Virus record (IMG/VR): IMGVR_UViG_2932454522_000002
Location: 1 to 64,000 of that record
Origin: a virus
Lineage: Duplodnaviria > Caudoviricetes
Direction: 5' to 3' (one strand)
Length of the DNA stretch: 64,000 bases
The translations under genes and the position numbers were made by a program. Under the pieces are notes generated by a model. That model saw nothing but the letters and a program-made list of their open reading frames with translations. It was not told the origin of the DNA and ran no database searches. Shown here one piece after another: positions 37,662 to 46,334 of this stretch. The stretch's first letter is position 1, and every line of letters begins with the position of its first letter.

Positions 37662-38222
37662 ATGACCACGCCGCCGTCCAGGCCGCACCCGACCGACAAC
37701 CTCGCGGCCGGGCAGCGGCAAGTATCACCGCAGACACAGCAGATGATCGACGAGGTCGAGGGGGTCTACAGCACTCCTGATCCCGTCGTTGATGCCAACG
37801 TCGACCAGTCGATGAGGCGGGCCAAGGAGGAGGGCGTCAGCCCTCTCGCCGTCATCGGCAGCACGCCCGCCGTCGACCAGCCGGGCCGCCCCTCGATGAG
37901 CCAGAAGGGTGTCGACGACAGCGTCCGGATGCTGTGCGCCTCTGTGCTCGCTGTCGCCGTCGGCGGCGCCGTCTCCGGAGCCCTCTACTTCTCCGGCAAG
38001 GCGGACCCCGTCGTCGTCGGCCTCATCGCCGCCACGCCGCCCGCGACGTTCCTCTCTATCCGGAGCGTCGTAAAGAGTGCCAAGCGCCTCATCCCTGACC
38101 AGCACACCCACCGCTACGAAGGTCCCGTGATCCAGGACAACCGACAGGACCACAGCACCCAAGAGATCAAGACCAAAGGCATCTGGACCAAGGTCACCAA
38201 CAATCCGAAGGGGAAGCCATGA
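37662..38222 (+). CDS. Two-TM membrane protein (spread-associated)
   Basis: TM pair; HTHRYEGPVIQD motif. Confidence 0.65.
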   Translation: MTTPPSRPHPTDNLAAGQRQVSPQTQQMIDEVEGVYSTPDPVVDANVDQSMRRAKEEGVSPLAVIGSTPAVDQPGRPSMSQKGVDDSVRMLCASVLAVAVGGAVSGALYFSGKADPVVVGLIAATPPATFLSIRSVVKSAKRLIPDQHTHRYEGPVIQDNRQDHSTQEIKTKGIWTKVTNNPKGKP

Positions 38223-38461
38223 CCATCACCACGACCACGCCCACCCTGGCGGAACCGACCGAGGATGCCGCCCGCCTGGTCGCCCCGAAGCGCCTCGCCA
38301 CCGCGGTCGCGGCCACGACGGCGGCCCTCGGCGCAGTCGCCGGCGCCACCATCGCGACCGGGGCGCCCACCACCGTCGTCGCAGCTGCGGCCGGCGTGCT
38401 GGCCTTCGGAGGCGGGGCGGTCGCCATGGCCGTCCGGCAGCCGGTGAAGGCCGAGCAGTGA
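38219..38461 (+). CDS. Small two-TM membrane protein
   Basis: Ala/Gly-rich hydrophobic; ATGA overlap. Confidence 0.6.
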   Translation: MTITTTTPTLAEPTEDAARLVAPKRLATAVAATTAALGAVAGATIATGAPTTVVAAAAGVLAFGGGAVAMAVRQPVKAEQ

Positions 38462-38667
38462 CCGCCCTGACCCTGCACACCCGCCGCCTGGTCGGCGACA
38501 TCGACACCCCGCATCCGCCGCGATGGCAGGCCCGCCTGGAAGACGAGGGCGGCGCCGTCCGCTACCAGTCCCGCCAGTGGGACTTCGAGCAGGACGCGAT
38601 CGACGAGGTGTACCGGCAGCAGGCCGACCCCGGGAGTATCTCGGACGACCTCCGCATCCACGACTGA
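38458..38667 (+). CDS. Hypothetical protein
   Basis: GTGA overlap. Confidence 0.5.
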   Translation: MTALTLHTRRLVGDIDTPHPPRWQARLEDEGGAVRYQSRQWDFEQDAIDEVYRQQADPGSISDDLRIHD

Positions 38668-38688
38668 CCACGGAAGGGCACCGCGAAC

Positions 38689-38937
38689 ATGATCGACAGG
38701 TACCCGACAACCGGCGGCGCGACCGTCGACATCACCTACACGCCCCACAGCGGCGCCCTCTACGCCGACTGCACCGGCACGGACTGCGGCTGGTCCGAGC
38801 GGACCGGCACAGGGGGTCTGCCCACCGATCCGCCCGAGAAGGAGGACTACCTCGTAGAGAAGTCACTACCCGAGAGTCGGACATGGGCGCGTGACCACGC
38901 TGCCACCTGCAACGCCAAACCCCACACCCAGCGATAG
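38689..38937 (+). CDS. Hypothetical protein (CxxxxC..WARDHAATC)
   Basis: Candidate Zn ligands; SD. Confidence 0.6.
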   Translation: MIDRYPTTGGATVDITYTPHSGALYADCTGTDCGWSERTGTGGLPTDPPEKEDYLVEKSLPESRTWARDHAATCNAKPHTQR

Positions 38938-38955
38938 ATCACTAAGGAGATCAGC

Positions 38956-39207
38956 ATGCGTTCAGAACCCACCATCTACGGCATGGAACTCGACCTCGCC
39001 ATGGAGATCGAGGACGGCGTACCCGACTGCTGCTACGGCCCGATGGACAAGCAGCCCGACCACAAGTGCACCTGCTGCACACACGAAGAGACCGACGGAG
39101 ACGGCACCGGTGTCCACCTCGTGTACGAGTGCGACGACTGCGGAAACGTCGTCGAGGTCGACGGGCTGGGGCTCGTCTTCGACATTCGGGAGAAGGCTGC
39201 CGCCTGA
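38956..39207 (+). CDS. Cys-rich zinc-ribbon protein
   Basis: AAGGAG SD; PDCC, CTCC, CDDC. Confidence 0.6.
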   Translation: MRSEPTIYGMELDLAMEIEDGVPDCCYGPMDKQPDHKCTCCTHEETDGDGTGVHLVYECDDCGNVVEVDGLGLVFDIREKAAA

Positions 39208-39222
39208 ACTACCCGCTCACGC

Positions 39223-39411
39223 CTAGGCCCCGGCCGCCTCGTCGGCAGTCGGGGCCTTCGTCATGGGTACGGCGCGTGCGACCCATCCGCGCCCGGCCGA
39301 GTCGGTGGGCACTGTGGCGGGCTGCAGCTGCATCCGCTCGCATAACAAGCGGAGTTGCGCCTGGCAGGCCGCACGGGTTCCGGCCCGCACCATGAACACG
39401 ATCTCGTCCAT
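39223..39411 (-). CDS. Small hypothetical protein
   Basis: MDEIVFMVRAGTRAACQAQL; downstream of the HTH gene. Confidence 0.45.
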   Translation of the reverse strand: MDEIVFMVRAGTRAACQAQLRLLCERMQLQPATVPTDSAGRGWVARAVPMTKAPTADEAAGA

Positions 39412-39460
39412 GACTGAAGTGTGACGTGGCAGGTGGAGGAGCGGGGCGGGAACCGGGGGA

Positions 39461-39688
39461 TTAGGCGTCGTCCGCCTGGCCCTTGAGGTCGGTCCGCGCG
39501 CCTTGGCCGGGCCGCTCGAAGCCGATGATCGTGGCTGGCCGCCAGAGCGGGGTGCGCCCGTAGACGTGGTCAGGCTCGGGGAGTTCGCCGCGCTTGCGTG
39601 ACCGGTAGGAACGGACGGTCCCCACCTTGACGCCCCAGTGCTCGGCGATCTCGGCGATGGTCCAGTACTCGTCGTTCGGGTCGGCCAC
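39461..39688 (-). CDS. AlpA/MerR-like small HTH regulator
   Basis: WTIAEIAEHWGVKVGTVRSYRSR..LPEPD..GRTPLW; AAAGGAG SD. Confidence 0.75.
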   Translation of the reverse strand: MADPNDEYWTIAEIAEHWGVKVGTVRSYRSRKRGELPEPDHVYGRTPLWRPATIIGFERPGQGARTDLKGQADDA

Positions 39689-39696
39689 CCTCGCTC

Positions 39697-39810
39697 CTTT
39701 GTCATCTTGACGTCGACAAAGTCTAGCGGCCCACCACTCTTCCAACCTTGCTGCATCCATGTTGACAAGGTTCCCGCGTGCGCCCTAACCTTGTCAATGT
39801 CAGCAAGGCG
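39697..39810. promoter_or_regulatory. Divergent promoter with CTTGTCA/TGACAAG-type repeats
   Basis: TTGACA-N18-TAACCT (39762-39791) overlapped by CCTTG/CAAGG inverted repeats. Confidence 0.6.
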
Positions 39811-39843
39811 AAGTTGTCGCCAAGAAATGGCAGGAGAGACGCC

Positions 39844-40164
39844 GTGAACACCGAGACCCACATCGACTGGACGAACGTCGTCAACTTCGACAACCACGGC
39901 AGCTTCTGGGGCTACGACACGGTCGAGGACGCCGAGATCGACATCGAGCAGGCCGAGATCGTCGGCCAGGACGTCGACGAGTGGAACGTCAGCGACCGCA
40001 ACGGCCTCCCGCTGCGCATCGTCAGGATCGCCGACCCCGAGTTCCTCGACACCATCTGCGTCTTCCCTGCCGAATGCCCCCTCTGCGGTGCGCCCGTCAC
40101 GTCGCTCAAGTGGATCTCCGACGAGCACCACGCGAAGTGCCCCCGCCGCGACCCGCGCTTCTAG
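39844..40164 (+). CDS. Acidic hypothetical protein
   Basis: AGGAG SD. Confidence 0.6.
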   Translation: MNTETHIDWTNVVNFDNHGSFWGYDTVEDAEIDIEQAEIVGQDVDEWNVSDRNGLPLRIVRIADPEFLDTICVFPAECPLCGAPVTSLKWISDEHHAKCPRRDPRF

Positions 40165-40235
40165 ACCCACCCCAGGGCCCGGCCACCTCGGCCGGGCCCG
40201 CCGAACCGCCGCACATCCGCACCCAGGGGGAACCG

Positions 40236-40574
40236 TTGAACGCCAAGCTCCGCACCCGCCGCGCCACCGTGAAATCCCGCGCCACCGCCACCCGCGCGGC
40301 CCGGCGCATAGCCCGCCACGGTGTCGGCAGTCTCGCGACGCACTGCCTCGCCGTCGGACTCACCCACCGACAGGCCGCCAGCGTCGCCGGAACCCTCCGC
40401 AAGAAGACCGAGGAAGCCGGCGTCACCGGCATCACAGGCCGCGCGTTCCGGAAGGGCGAGAACCGGCCCTGCACCCGCTACACCCGAGCCCAGGTCGCGC
40501 TGATCGTCACGGTCTACCGCCCCCGCAAGCCCGCCTACCGCCTCGCCGCCAACAAGCTCGGCCTCGCCGCGTGA
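40236..40574 (+). CDS. Basic hypothetical protein
   Basis: TTG start after GGGGG; YRPRKPAY. Confidence 0.6.
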   Translation: MNAKLRTRRATVKSRATATRAARRIARHGVGSLATHCLAVGLTHRQAASVAGTLRKKTEEAGVTGITGRAFRKGENRPCTRYTRAQVALIVTVYRPRKPAYRLAANKLGLAA

Positions 40575-40585
40575 AGGAGACCGCC

Positions 40586-40864
40586 ATGCAGGAGATCGAC
40601 ATCCGTCAGCAGGAGCCGCAGGGTCCGATCGTCTGGGTGCTGTCCCAGGGCGAGGACCACGAGGGCGGCTACGTCCTCGGCGTCTACGCCAGCAAAGAAG
40701 CCGCCAAGGGCCCGTTCCTCAAGGCCGCGACGGACATCCCGTTCGACCTCGACAACGCCTGGCAGGACGACAACGGCGCGGTCAACGCGCACGGGGGCTG
40801 CGACTGGGTCTCCCTGGAGCCGCACACGCTGGTCACGCAGGTGCAGATCGGAGGCGCGCCGTGA
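40586..40864 (+). CDS. Hypothetical protein
   Basis: VWVLSQGEDHEGGYVLGVYASKEAA. Confidence 0.65.
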   Translation: MQEIDIRQQEPQGPIVWVLSQGEDHEGGYVLGVYASKEAAKGPFLKAATDIPFDLDNAWQDDNGAVNAHGGCDWVSLEPHTLVTQVQIGGAP

Positions 40865-41130
40865 TCGCCGTCCCGCGCACCAGCATCCCGATCCCTGACG
40901 GTCTCGCCTCCCGGATCGCCTCCCGCTACCCGGAGCCCGTGCTCGCCGCGATCGCCGCCGCCTCCGACGCCGTCTACCGGCTCGACCTGTGCCTCAAGCC
41001 GCGCTACGAGGAAGGCCGCCAGCTCGCACTGGCCGACCTCGCCCGCGCCAACAAGACCCTCGCCGCCTACAACCCGCGCATCACCTACGGGCCCAGCGAC
41101 CTGCCCCGGCAGTGCCAGAAGGAGTTCTGA
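40861..41130 (+). CDS. Hypothetical protein
   Basis: GTGA overlap. Confidence 0.55.
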   Translation: MIAVPRTSIPIPDGLASRIASRYPEPVLAAIAAASDAVYRLDLCLKPRYEEGRQLALADLARANKTLAAYNPRITYGPSDLPRQCQKEF

Positions 41131-41528
41131 TGGGATACAACACCAGCGTCACCGGAGAGCTGAAGATCGAACCGCCGCTCACCTACAGCGAGTTCAAGGA
41201 CACCCCGTTCTTCTCCGGTGGCCCCGCCGACGACATCAACTACGACGTCCGCCTCCACGTCGACGAAGAGACCGTCGAGACTCCGGACGGCCCCCTCGTC
41301 CGCATGAGCGCCTCCGCTCTCGTGCCCCGCTGGGACGACTCGTTCAAGGCCTACCACCTGATCAAGCACGTACAGGCCGCCATCGATGCGTTCCCCGGGC
41401 ACACGGTCACCGGGCGCCTGGACTGCGAGGGCGAGGAGAACGCCGACATGTGGCGCGTCGTCATCCGAGACGGCCGGGCCGTAAAGATCACGCCCCGCCT
41501 CGTCTGGCCCGACGAGGGCGAGGAGTGA
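41130..41528 (+). CDS. Hypothetical phage protein (DUF6205-like)
   Basis: MGYNTSVTGELKIEPPL..CEGEENADMWRV. Confidence 0.7.
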   Translation: MGYNTSVTGELKIEPPLTYSEFKDTPFFSGGPADDINYDVRLHVDEETVETPDGPLVRMSASALVPRWDDSFKAYHLIKHVQAAIDAFPGHTVTGRLDCEGEENADMWRVVIRDGRAVKITPRLVWPDEGEE

Positions 41529-41640
41529 CCGCCCCAACCACGCCTGAGCCTGCGCCCGTTGAGCCCCGGGCGTGGGGCTGGTGGGAAGAGACCGCCGAGG
41601 AAGCCGGAATGGCCGACCGCCGATATTGGAATGAGGACTG

Positions 41641-42309
41641 ATGGCCGCCACCACCTGGCCGTTCGGAACGGACGCCATAGAGAACGACCCGCTGACCAAG
41701 CTCCGCATCCCCGTCGTCACCAGCTTCAAGCCGCACTGGGGCTACATCGGCGCCTACCTCGGCACCAACGCCGACCTTGGCACCAACTGGCAGCCGCCGT
41801 GGCCGTTCGCCAGCACCGAACGGCCTACCGACGCCGAGGCCCAGCAGCTCGTCTCGTTCATCGACGAGGCCAAGAGCCGGCTGCGCGGCAGCTACGTGGC
41901 CCGCATGGAAGAGCGCCCGCTCGACGTCGACTACTGGGACTGCGGACACGTCTTCATCAAGTACGGCGAGGACGCCTGGGGTTACCGCCGAAACTCGTGG
42001 ATGTACGGGCACACGTTCGTGCCGTCCCCGCCGAGCCTGCGCGGCACCGAGCACGCGCACGACAAGCACCCCGGGCCGCTGTCGCTTGAGCAGACCATGG
42101 ACCTCGTCCACACCATCGGCGGCGGCGAGCCCATGCGGCACTGGCTCGACTGGAAGGCCAAGCACCCGGAGGTGTTCCCGGCCGAGGCGCCCGACGTGCT
42201 CGCCGCCGGGCACGAGCGGCTGCTCGCCAAGCTCGACAAGGTGGTCGACGTCGACGCAGGACTCGACGAGATCCTCAACCGCAAGGAAGGCAACCGCAAT
42301 GGGACGTGA
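41641..42309 (+). CDS. Hypothetical phage protein
   Basis: High GC3; coupled. Confidence 0.65.
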   Translation: MAATTWPFGTDAIENDPLTKLRIPVVTSFKPHWGYIGAYLGTNADLGTNWQPPWPFASTERPTDAEAQQLVSFIDEAKSRLRGSYVARMEERPLDVDYWDCGHVFIKYGEDAWGYRRNSWMYGHTFVPSPPSLRGTEHAHDKHPGPLSLEQTMDLVHTIGGGEPMRHWLDWKAKHPEVFPAEAPDVLAAGHERLLAKLDKVVDVDAGLDEILNRKEGNRNGT

Positions 42310-43192
42310 AGTACGCCGAGTGCCGCTCGACTTCGACTGGCCGCTCAACGAGGTCTGGAAGGGCTTCCTGACGCCCGGCAGCCTCGACGAAGAGCCGTGC
42401 CCCGACTGTGATCGCGGCTACTCGCCGCGAGCGCAGAACCTGCACGACCTCTGGTACGGCAAGATCCCCTTCGATCCCGCCACCACCGGGTCAACGCCGT
42501 GGCTGCCCACAACCCCCGCCATCCGAACTCGCGCGGAGCAGAACGTCGCAAGGGCGCCGGAGTTCTACGGCCAAGGCGAGGCGGCTATCGCCTGCGAAGC
42601 GCAGCGGCTGGCCGACCACTTCAACAGCGGCTGGATGCACCACCTTGACCAAGCTGACGTCGACGCACTGATCGCGGGCTCACGCCTGTACGAGTTCACT
42701 CACGTCGTCGTCCCGGGCAAGGGTTGGCAGCCCAAGGAGCAGCCCGTGAAGCCCACAGCCGCTGCAGTCAACGAGTGGTCGCTGAGCGGCTTCGGCCACG
42801 ACGCGATCAACGCGGGCGTCGTCATCCAGGCCCGATGCGAGCGGGAGGGAATCAACGACACGTGCCCGACCTGCAAGGGGCATGCCAGCCTGGAGAAGTA
42901 CGAAGGCCAGCGCGCCGAGGCCGAGGCGTGGGAGCCGACCGACCCGCCAGAGGGGGAGGGTTGGCAGCTGTGGGAGACCGTGAGCGAGGGCTCGCCCATC
43001 AGCCCCGTCTTCGCGACCGCCGACGAACTCGCCGATTGGATGTCCGACTCTGAGCGCGGCAGCCGGTGGGTCCCGAAAGCCACCGCCGCCAAGTTCATCG
43101 ACGACGGCTGGGCACCCAGCTTCGTCGCCAGCCAACAGACCGGCGTCGTCTCCGGCGTCGAATGGGTTGGCCGCCACACAGACGACCAGTGA
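42299..43192 (+). CDS. Conserved phage protein with CxxC motifs
   Basis: MGREVRRVPLDFDWPL..WQLWETVSEGSPISPVF. Confidence 0.75.
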   Translation: MGREVRRVPLDFDWPLNEVWKGFLTPGSLDEEPCPDCDRGYSPRAQNLHDLWYGKIPFDPATTGSTPWLPTTPAIRTRAEQNVARAPEFYGQGEAAIACEAQRLADHFNSGWMHHLDQADVDALIAGSRLYEFTHVVVPGKGWQPKEQPVKPTAAAVNEWSLSGFGHDAINAGVVIQARCEREGINDTCPTCKGHASLEKYEGQRAEAEAWEPTDPPEGEGWQLWETVSEGSPISPVFATADELADWMSDSERGSRWVPKATAAKFIDDGWAPSFVASQQTGVVSGVEWVGRHTDDQ

Positions 43193-43333
43193 CCGCCCCC
43201 GCGCCGAGCCCCAGACCCGCCGACCGGGCTGGGGCTCACGTGCGTCACTGGGCCAATGGCCCACAATGTCAACCCCGTGTAGCACAATTGGCTGAGTGTG
43301 ATCCTGCTTCCCGCACCACCCGAGGAGCCGACC

Positions 43334-44044
43334 GTGCACAACCACCCCACCGACCTCGACGAGTATTCGTGGCCCATATGCGTGACGCCTGGCTGCGGAC
43401 GACAGCTTTGGGTCAACGAGGCCGGCCGGTGGGCTTGCCGGCCCTGCGAGGACGTGACAGCGAAGCGACTGGCTGAACTCCCGGCCCTGTTCCGGCAGCT
43501 GGACACGACGGCGGCTCTGATGCGTGGCGCGTCGAAGGGTGGTGCGGGCGGCGGGACGAAGACGCCGCCGATCCCGCCCCGACTCGAAGTCCTCGCGCTC
43601 GTCGGACCTGGCGGCGTCGCGGCCCGGCTGTCGGCGATCGAGGACTCGTGGCGGCAGGCGCTCGGCTGGACCGTCGCACCCTGGCGCGGCTCCCCGGCCC
43701 AAGCCGTCCCGAAGCACGTCGAGTTCCTGGTCAACAACCTGCTGTGGGCGTGCGAACGGTACGAGTCCGTCGGGCAGGACATCGCCGAACTTCGGCGCCT
43801 CCACAACGAATGCCATGCCCTCGCCACCGGCAAGCAGCGCCACGGCCGCGTACCCACCGGACTCTGCCCCACGCCCGTCGATGACGGATGGTGCGGCACC
43901 CAGTTGACCGCGACCGCCGACAGTCACCGCATCCGGTGCGGGGAGTGCGGGGCGCGGTGGGAGACGCTGGGGGAATGGCGGACACTCCGGGCCGCGCAGG
44001 AAGCCGTGAGCGTGCAGCAGGCCGAGGAGTTGGAGGCGGCATGA
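43334..44044 (+). CDS. Zinc-finger actinophage protein (possible late regulator)
   Basis: N- and C-terminal CxxC clusters; position before the late region. Confidence 0.6.
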   Translation: MHNHPTDLDEYSWPICVTPGCGRQLWVNEAGRWACRPCEDVTAKRLAELPALFRQLDTTAALMRGASKGGAGGGTKTPPIPPRLEVLALVGPGGVAARLSAIEDSWRQALGWTVAPWRGSPAQAVPKHVEFLVNNLLWACERYESVGQDIAELRRLHNECHALATGKQRHGRVPTGLCPTPVDDGWCGTQLTATADSHRIRCGECGARWETLGEWRTLRAAQEAVSVQQAEELEAA

Positions 44045-44298
44045 ACCTTGACGATCCGCTCGACCAGTCGCGCCCATCGTGGAAGCTGCACAACAAGCTG
44101 ACCACCCTTGGCGTGTCCGTCGACGAGGCGGCGGAACTGATGGGCGGCTACGCCCACGAACTGGCGGAGCGACAGCGCGAGGCCATCGGCGACTTCGAAC
44201 TCGACGACCATTGGGCGGTGTTCTATCGAGCGTCCGACGTCGAGGAACTGCCCGACCTCATCGACCCGAAGCCCGGGAACGAGGAGCCGACCCCGTGA
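44041..44298 (+). CDS. Hypothetical protein
   Basis: ATGA overlap. Confidence 0.6.
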   Translation: MNLDDPLDQSRPSWKLHNKLTTLGVSVDEAAELMGGYAHELAERQREAIGDFELDDHWAVFYRASDVEELPDLIDPKPGNEEPTP

Positions 44299-44696
44299 GC
44301 AACATCGCCGACTTCCTGCGGGAGCGCTACAAGGAACGCCGCGCGCTTGCGGAGGCCGCGAGCCCCGGCCCGTGGCGCGCCGACGCTGACGGCTACGAAG
44401 TCCTTGCCGTGGACGGCATCACCGTCGCCGACGGGTTCGCGCTCAGTGATCGGCAGCTGCGGGCCACCGTCGCCCACATCGCCGCCAACGACCCGGCCGA
44501 CGTCATCGCCGACTGCGACGCCAAGCTGCGCATCCTTGACGAGATCGTCCCGGAGATCGACGCCATGGAGGACCGGATCGACGGCGAGTGGGGTGCCGGA
44601 GATCCTGGCGAGCGTGAGTCCGTGGCCCTGCTTCGCCTGCTTGCTCAGCCCTTCGCCGCGCACCCCGATCACAAGGGCGAGGAGTGGGCGCCGTGA
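44295..44696 (+). CDS. DUF6221-like protein
   Basis: ASPGPW..HIAANDPADVIADCDAK..LRLLAQPFAAHPD. Confidence 0.7.
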   Translation: MSNIADFLRERYKERRALAEAASPGPWRADADGYEVLAVDGITVADGFALSDRQLRATVAHIAANDPADVIADCDAKLRILDEIVPEIDAMEDRIDGEWGAGDPGERESVALLRLLAQPFAAHPDHKGEEWAP

Positions 44697-44938
44697 CTGC
44701 CCCGCCGTGGGGGCACAAGCCGCCTCCCGTCGACGAGGTCACCGACTATTGGATCGAGATGCCACCCGCTCTGTCGCCCCGCTGCACCTACTGGATCTCC
44801 CGGCATCACGCGGGGACTTGGCGGTCCAACCGGCGGCTGCGCATGGAGGGCTACCACACAGCCTCCGAATATCTCGGCGTGTGGATCTGGGAGTACCTCC
44901 ACATGATCTGGCCGCTCATCGATGAGGAGGGCGAGTGA
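44693..44938 (+). CDS. Trp-rich hypothetical protein
   Basis: Coupled at both ends. Confidence 0.5.
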   Translation: MTAPPWGHKPPPVDEVTDYWIEMPPALSPRCTYWISRHHAGTWRSNRRLRMEGYHTASEYLGVWIWEYLHMIWPLIDEEGE

Positions 44939-45240
44939 CGCAGCAGGTCGTCAATCAGGGGCTGTTCAGGCTCTACTCCGCCTTCTGGTTCGTGGCAGCC
45001 GCCAGCGTGGTCGGTGTTGCCTGGGCGGCGACCGAGGCGTCCGGCTCCGTCGTCGCCATCTACGCGGCTATCGGGTTCGGGCTGTGGCTTCTCGACATGA
45101 TGCTGACTAAGGGTGGGCCGCGAGGCCACGCCCTCTCGCACGCGATGCTCGTCGCGGCCTCCGCTGCCGTGTGGCCGCTGACGATCGTGGCGCTGGCCGC
45201 CTGGGGCGGGGTCACCGTTGTGCGCGAAGTGCGCCTGTAG
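44935..45240 (+). CDS. Three-TM membrane protein
   Basis: Hydrophobic segments. Confidence 0.55.
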   Translation: MTQQVVNQGLFRLYSAFWFVAAASVVGVAWAATEASGSVVAIYAAIGFGLWLLDMMLTKGGPRGHALSHAMLVAASAAVWPLTIVALAAWGGVTVVREVRL

Positions 45241-45261
45241 AAGCGTCCGTTACAGAAATGG

Positions 45262-45290
45262 TTGCCCTCTGAGCTGGGCGAGCGTATTGT
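45262..45290 (+). promoter_or_regulatory. Putative promoter
   Basis: TTGCCC-N17-TATTGT in an AT-richer intergenic stretch. Confidence 0.45.
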
Positions 45291-45366
45291 GACCTCAAGA
45301 TTGGATCTTTGCGACTTGAGGGGCTGCCGAGAAGGCGGCCCCTTTCGCGTATCCGGGGGTGATCGA

Positions 45367-45612
45367 ATGCCCGGACTGCTCATCCCCGTAGACCTCGCAG
45401 CACACGTCGCCGGACGCCCCGAAGCGACCATCCGACGCTGGGCAGCAGAAGGCCGCCTCACCCGGCACCAAGACCCGGGTCGGCGTAAGAACGGGGTCCT
45501 GTACGACATGGACGAGATCCCCGAAGCAACCCGGGACCGGGACACGCTCGAACTCATCGAGCCCGCCCCCACCCCGCCGATCCTCGACGAACCGGCCTTA
45601 CTGGCCGCCTAA
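45367..45612 (+). CDS. Small HTH DNA-binding protein (contains a TTA codon)
   Basis: LAAHVAGRPEATIRRWAAEGRL; TTA at 45598-45600. Confidence 0.7.
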   Translation: MPGLLIPVDLAAHVAGRPEATIRRWAAEGRLTRHQDPGRRKNGVLYDMDEIPEATRDRDTLELIEPAPTPPILDEPALLAA

Positions 45613-45896
45613 GCCCCTGCGCACTTGGTGGTCGCGCAGGTCGGGTCTTGCAGCGCCACGCGCTCGGCCCACCCCGCCTGTACCTGCTCCGTGGGGGAGC
45701 AGGCACAGGCATCGGGCGGTCGCTCATCCGCCCCGTCCCGCCGCCGCCAGCCCCCCAGGTACCGGCGGCGGGACACCCCCAACACTTCGCCGCCTGGCGA
45801 TGCGATCGAAGAGGTCGTCCCGCAGCTCGCTGGGTCGCGGTGTGCTAGCAGCGTCCAGGCGGCGGACCCAACTACGGCCTCCCGAGAGGGCACGCG

Positions 45897-46334
45897 ATGA
45901 ACCTCGTCTTCAATGTCGCCCTCGGGCGCCTCGCACAGTACGCAGACCTTCCGGCCGCAGCGGACTCGCTGATCCTTGTTCCGTTCGCGGCAGCCGGCCT
46001 GCCGACGGACGCGACGATGCGGGACTACGCCACCCTCGCCGCGGTCAAGGGCGGGGCGACGGAGCAGACGGCGCTCGGCCGCAAGACGCTGGCCAACGTG
46101 ACGGTGACCGTCGACAACACGAACGACAGGGTTGCGATCGACTGCGACGACGTCGCGTGGACGGCGACGTCCGGCGCGGCGATCGGTGCGGTCGTCATCT
46201 GCTACAAGCCGGACACGGCCTCGGCGGACAGTGCGATCATTCCGCTGACCAAGCACGACGTGGCGATGACCCCTGACGGAACCAACTTCACGCTGACCGT
46301 GACGGACTTCGCGCGGGCCAGCTCCGCCGCCTAG
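45897..46334 (+). CDS. Putative virion structural/accessory protein
   Basis: Beta-rich; GRKTLANVTVTVDNTNDRV..DCDDVAWT. Confidence 0.6.
   Translation: MNLVFNVALGRLAQYADLPAAADSLILVPFAAAGLPTDATMRDYATLAAVKGGATEQTALGRKTLANVTVTVDNTNDRVAIDCDDVAWTATSGAAIGAVVICYKPDTASADSAIIPLTKHDVAMTPDGTNFTLTVTDFARASSAA

Larger units (their letters stand above)
27806..39207 (+). mobile_element. AICE/plasmid-type conjugative transfer module embedded in the phage
   Basis: KorSA-like GntR, Xis-like HTH, Spd-like membrane genes, TraB-like FtsK, clt-like repeats; no integrase or RCR Rep of its own seen. Confidence 0.75.

Noticed and set aside
27806-39207. Autonomous AICE nested in the prophage
   Set aside because: No integrase, RepSA or prim-pol, or att direct repeats seen by eye; cannot be fully excluded without comparative genomes
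44935-45240. Holin/lysis cassette
   Set aside because: Membrane protein, but no endolysin nearby
45613-45896. tRNA gene
   Set aside because: No T-loop GTTCGA motif or canonical cloverleaf recognised
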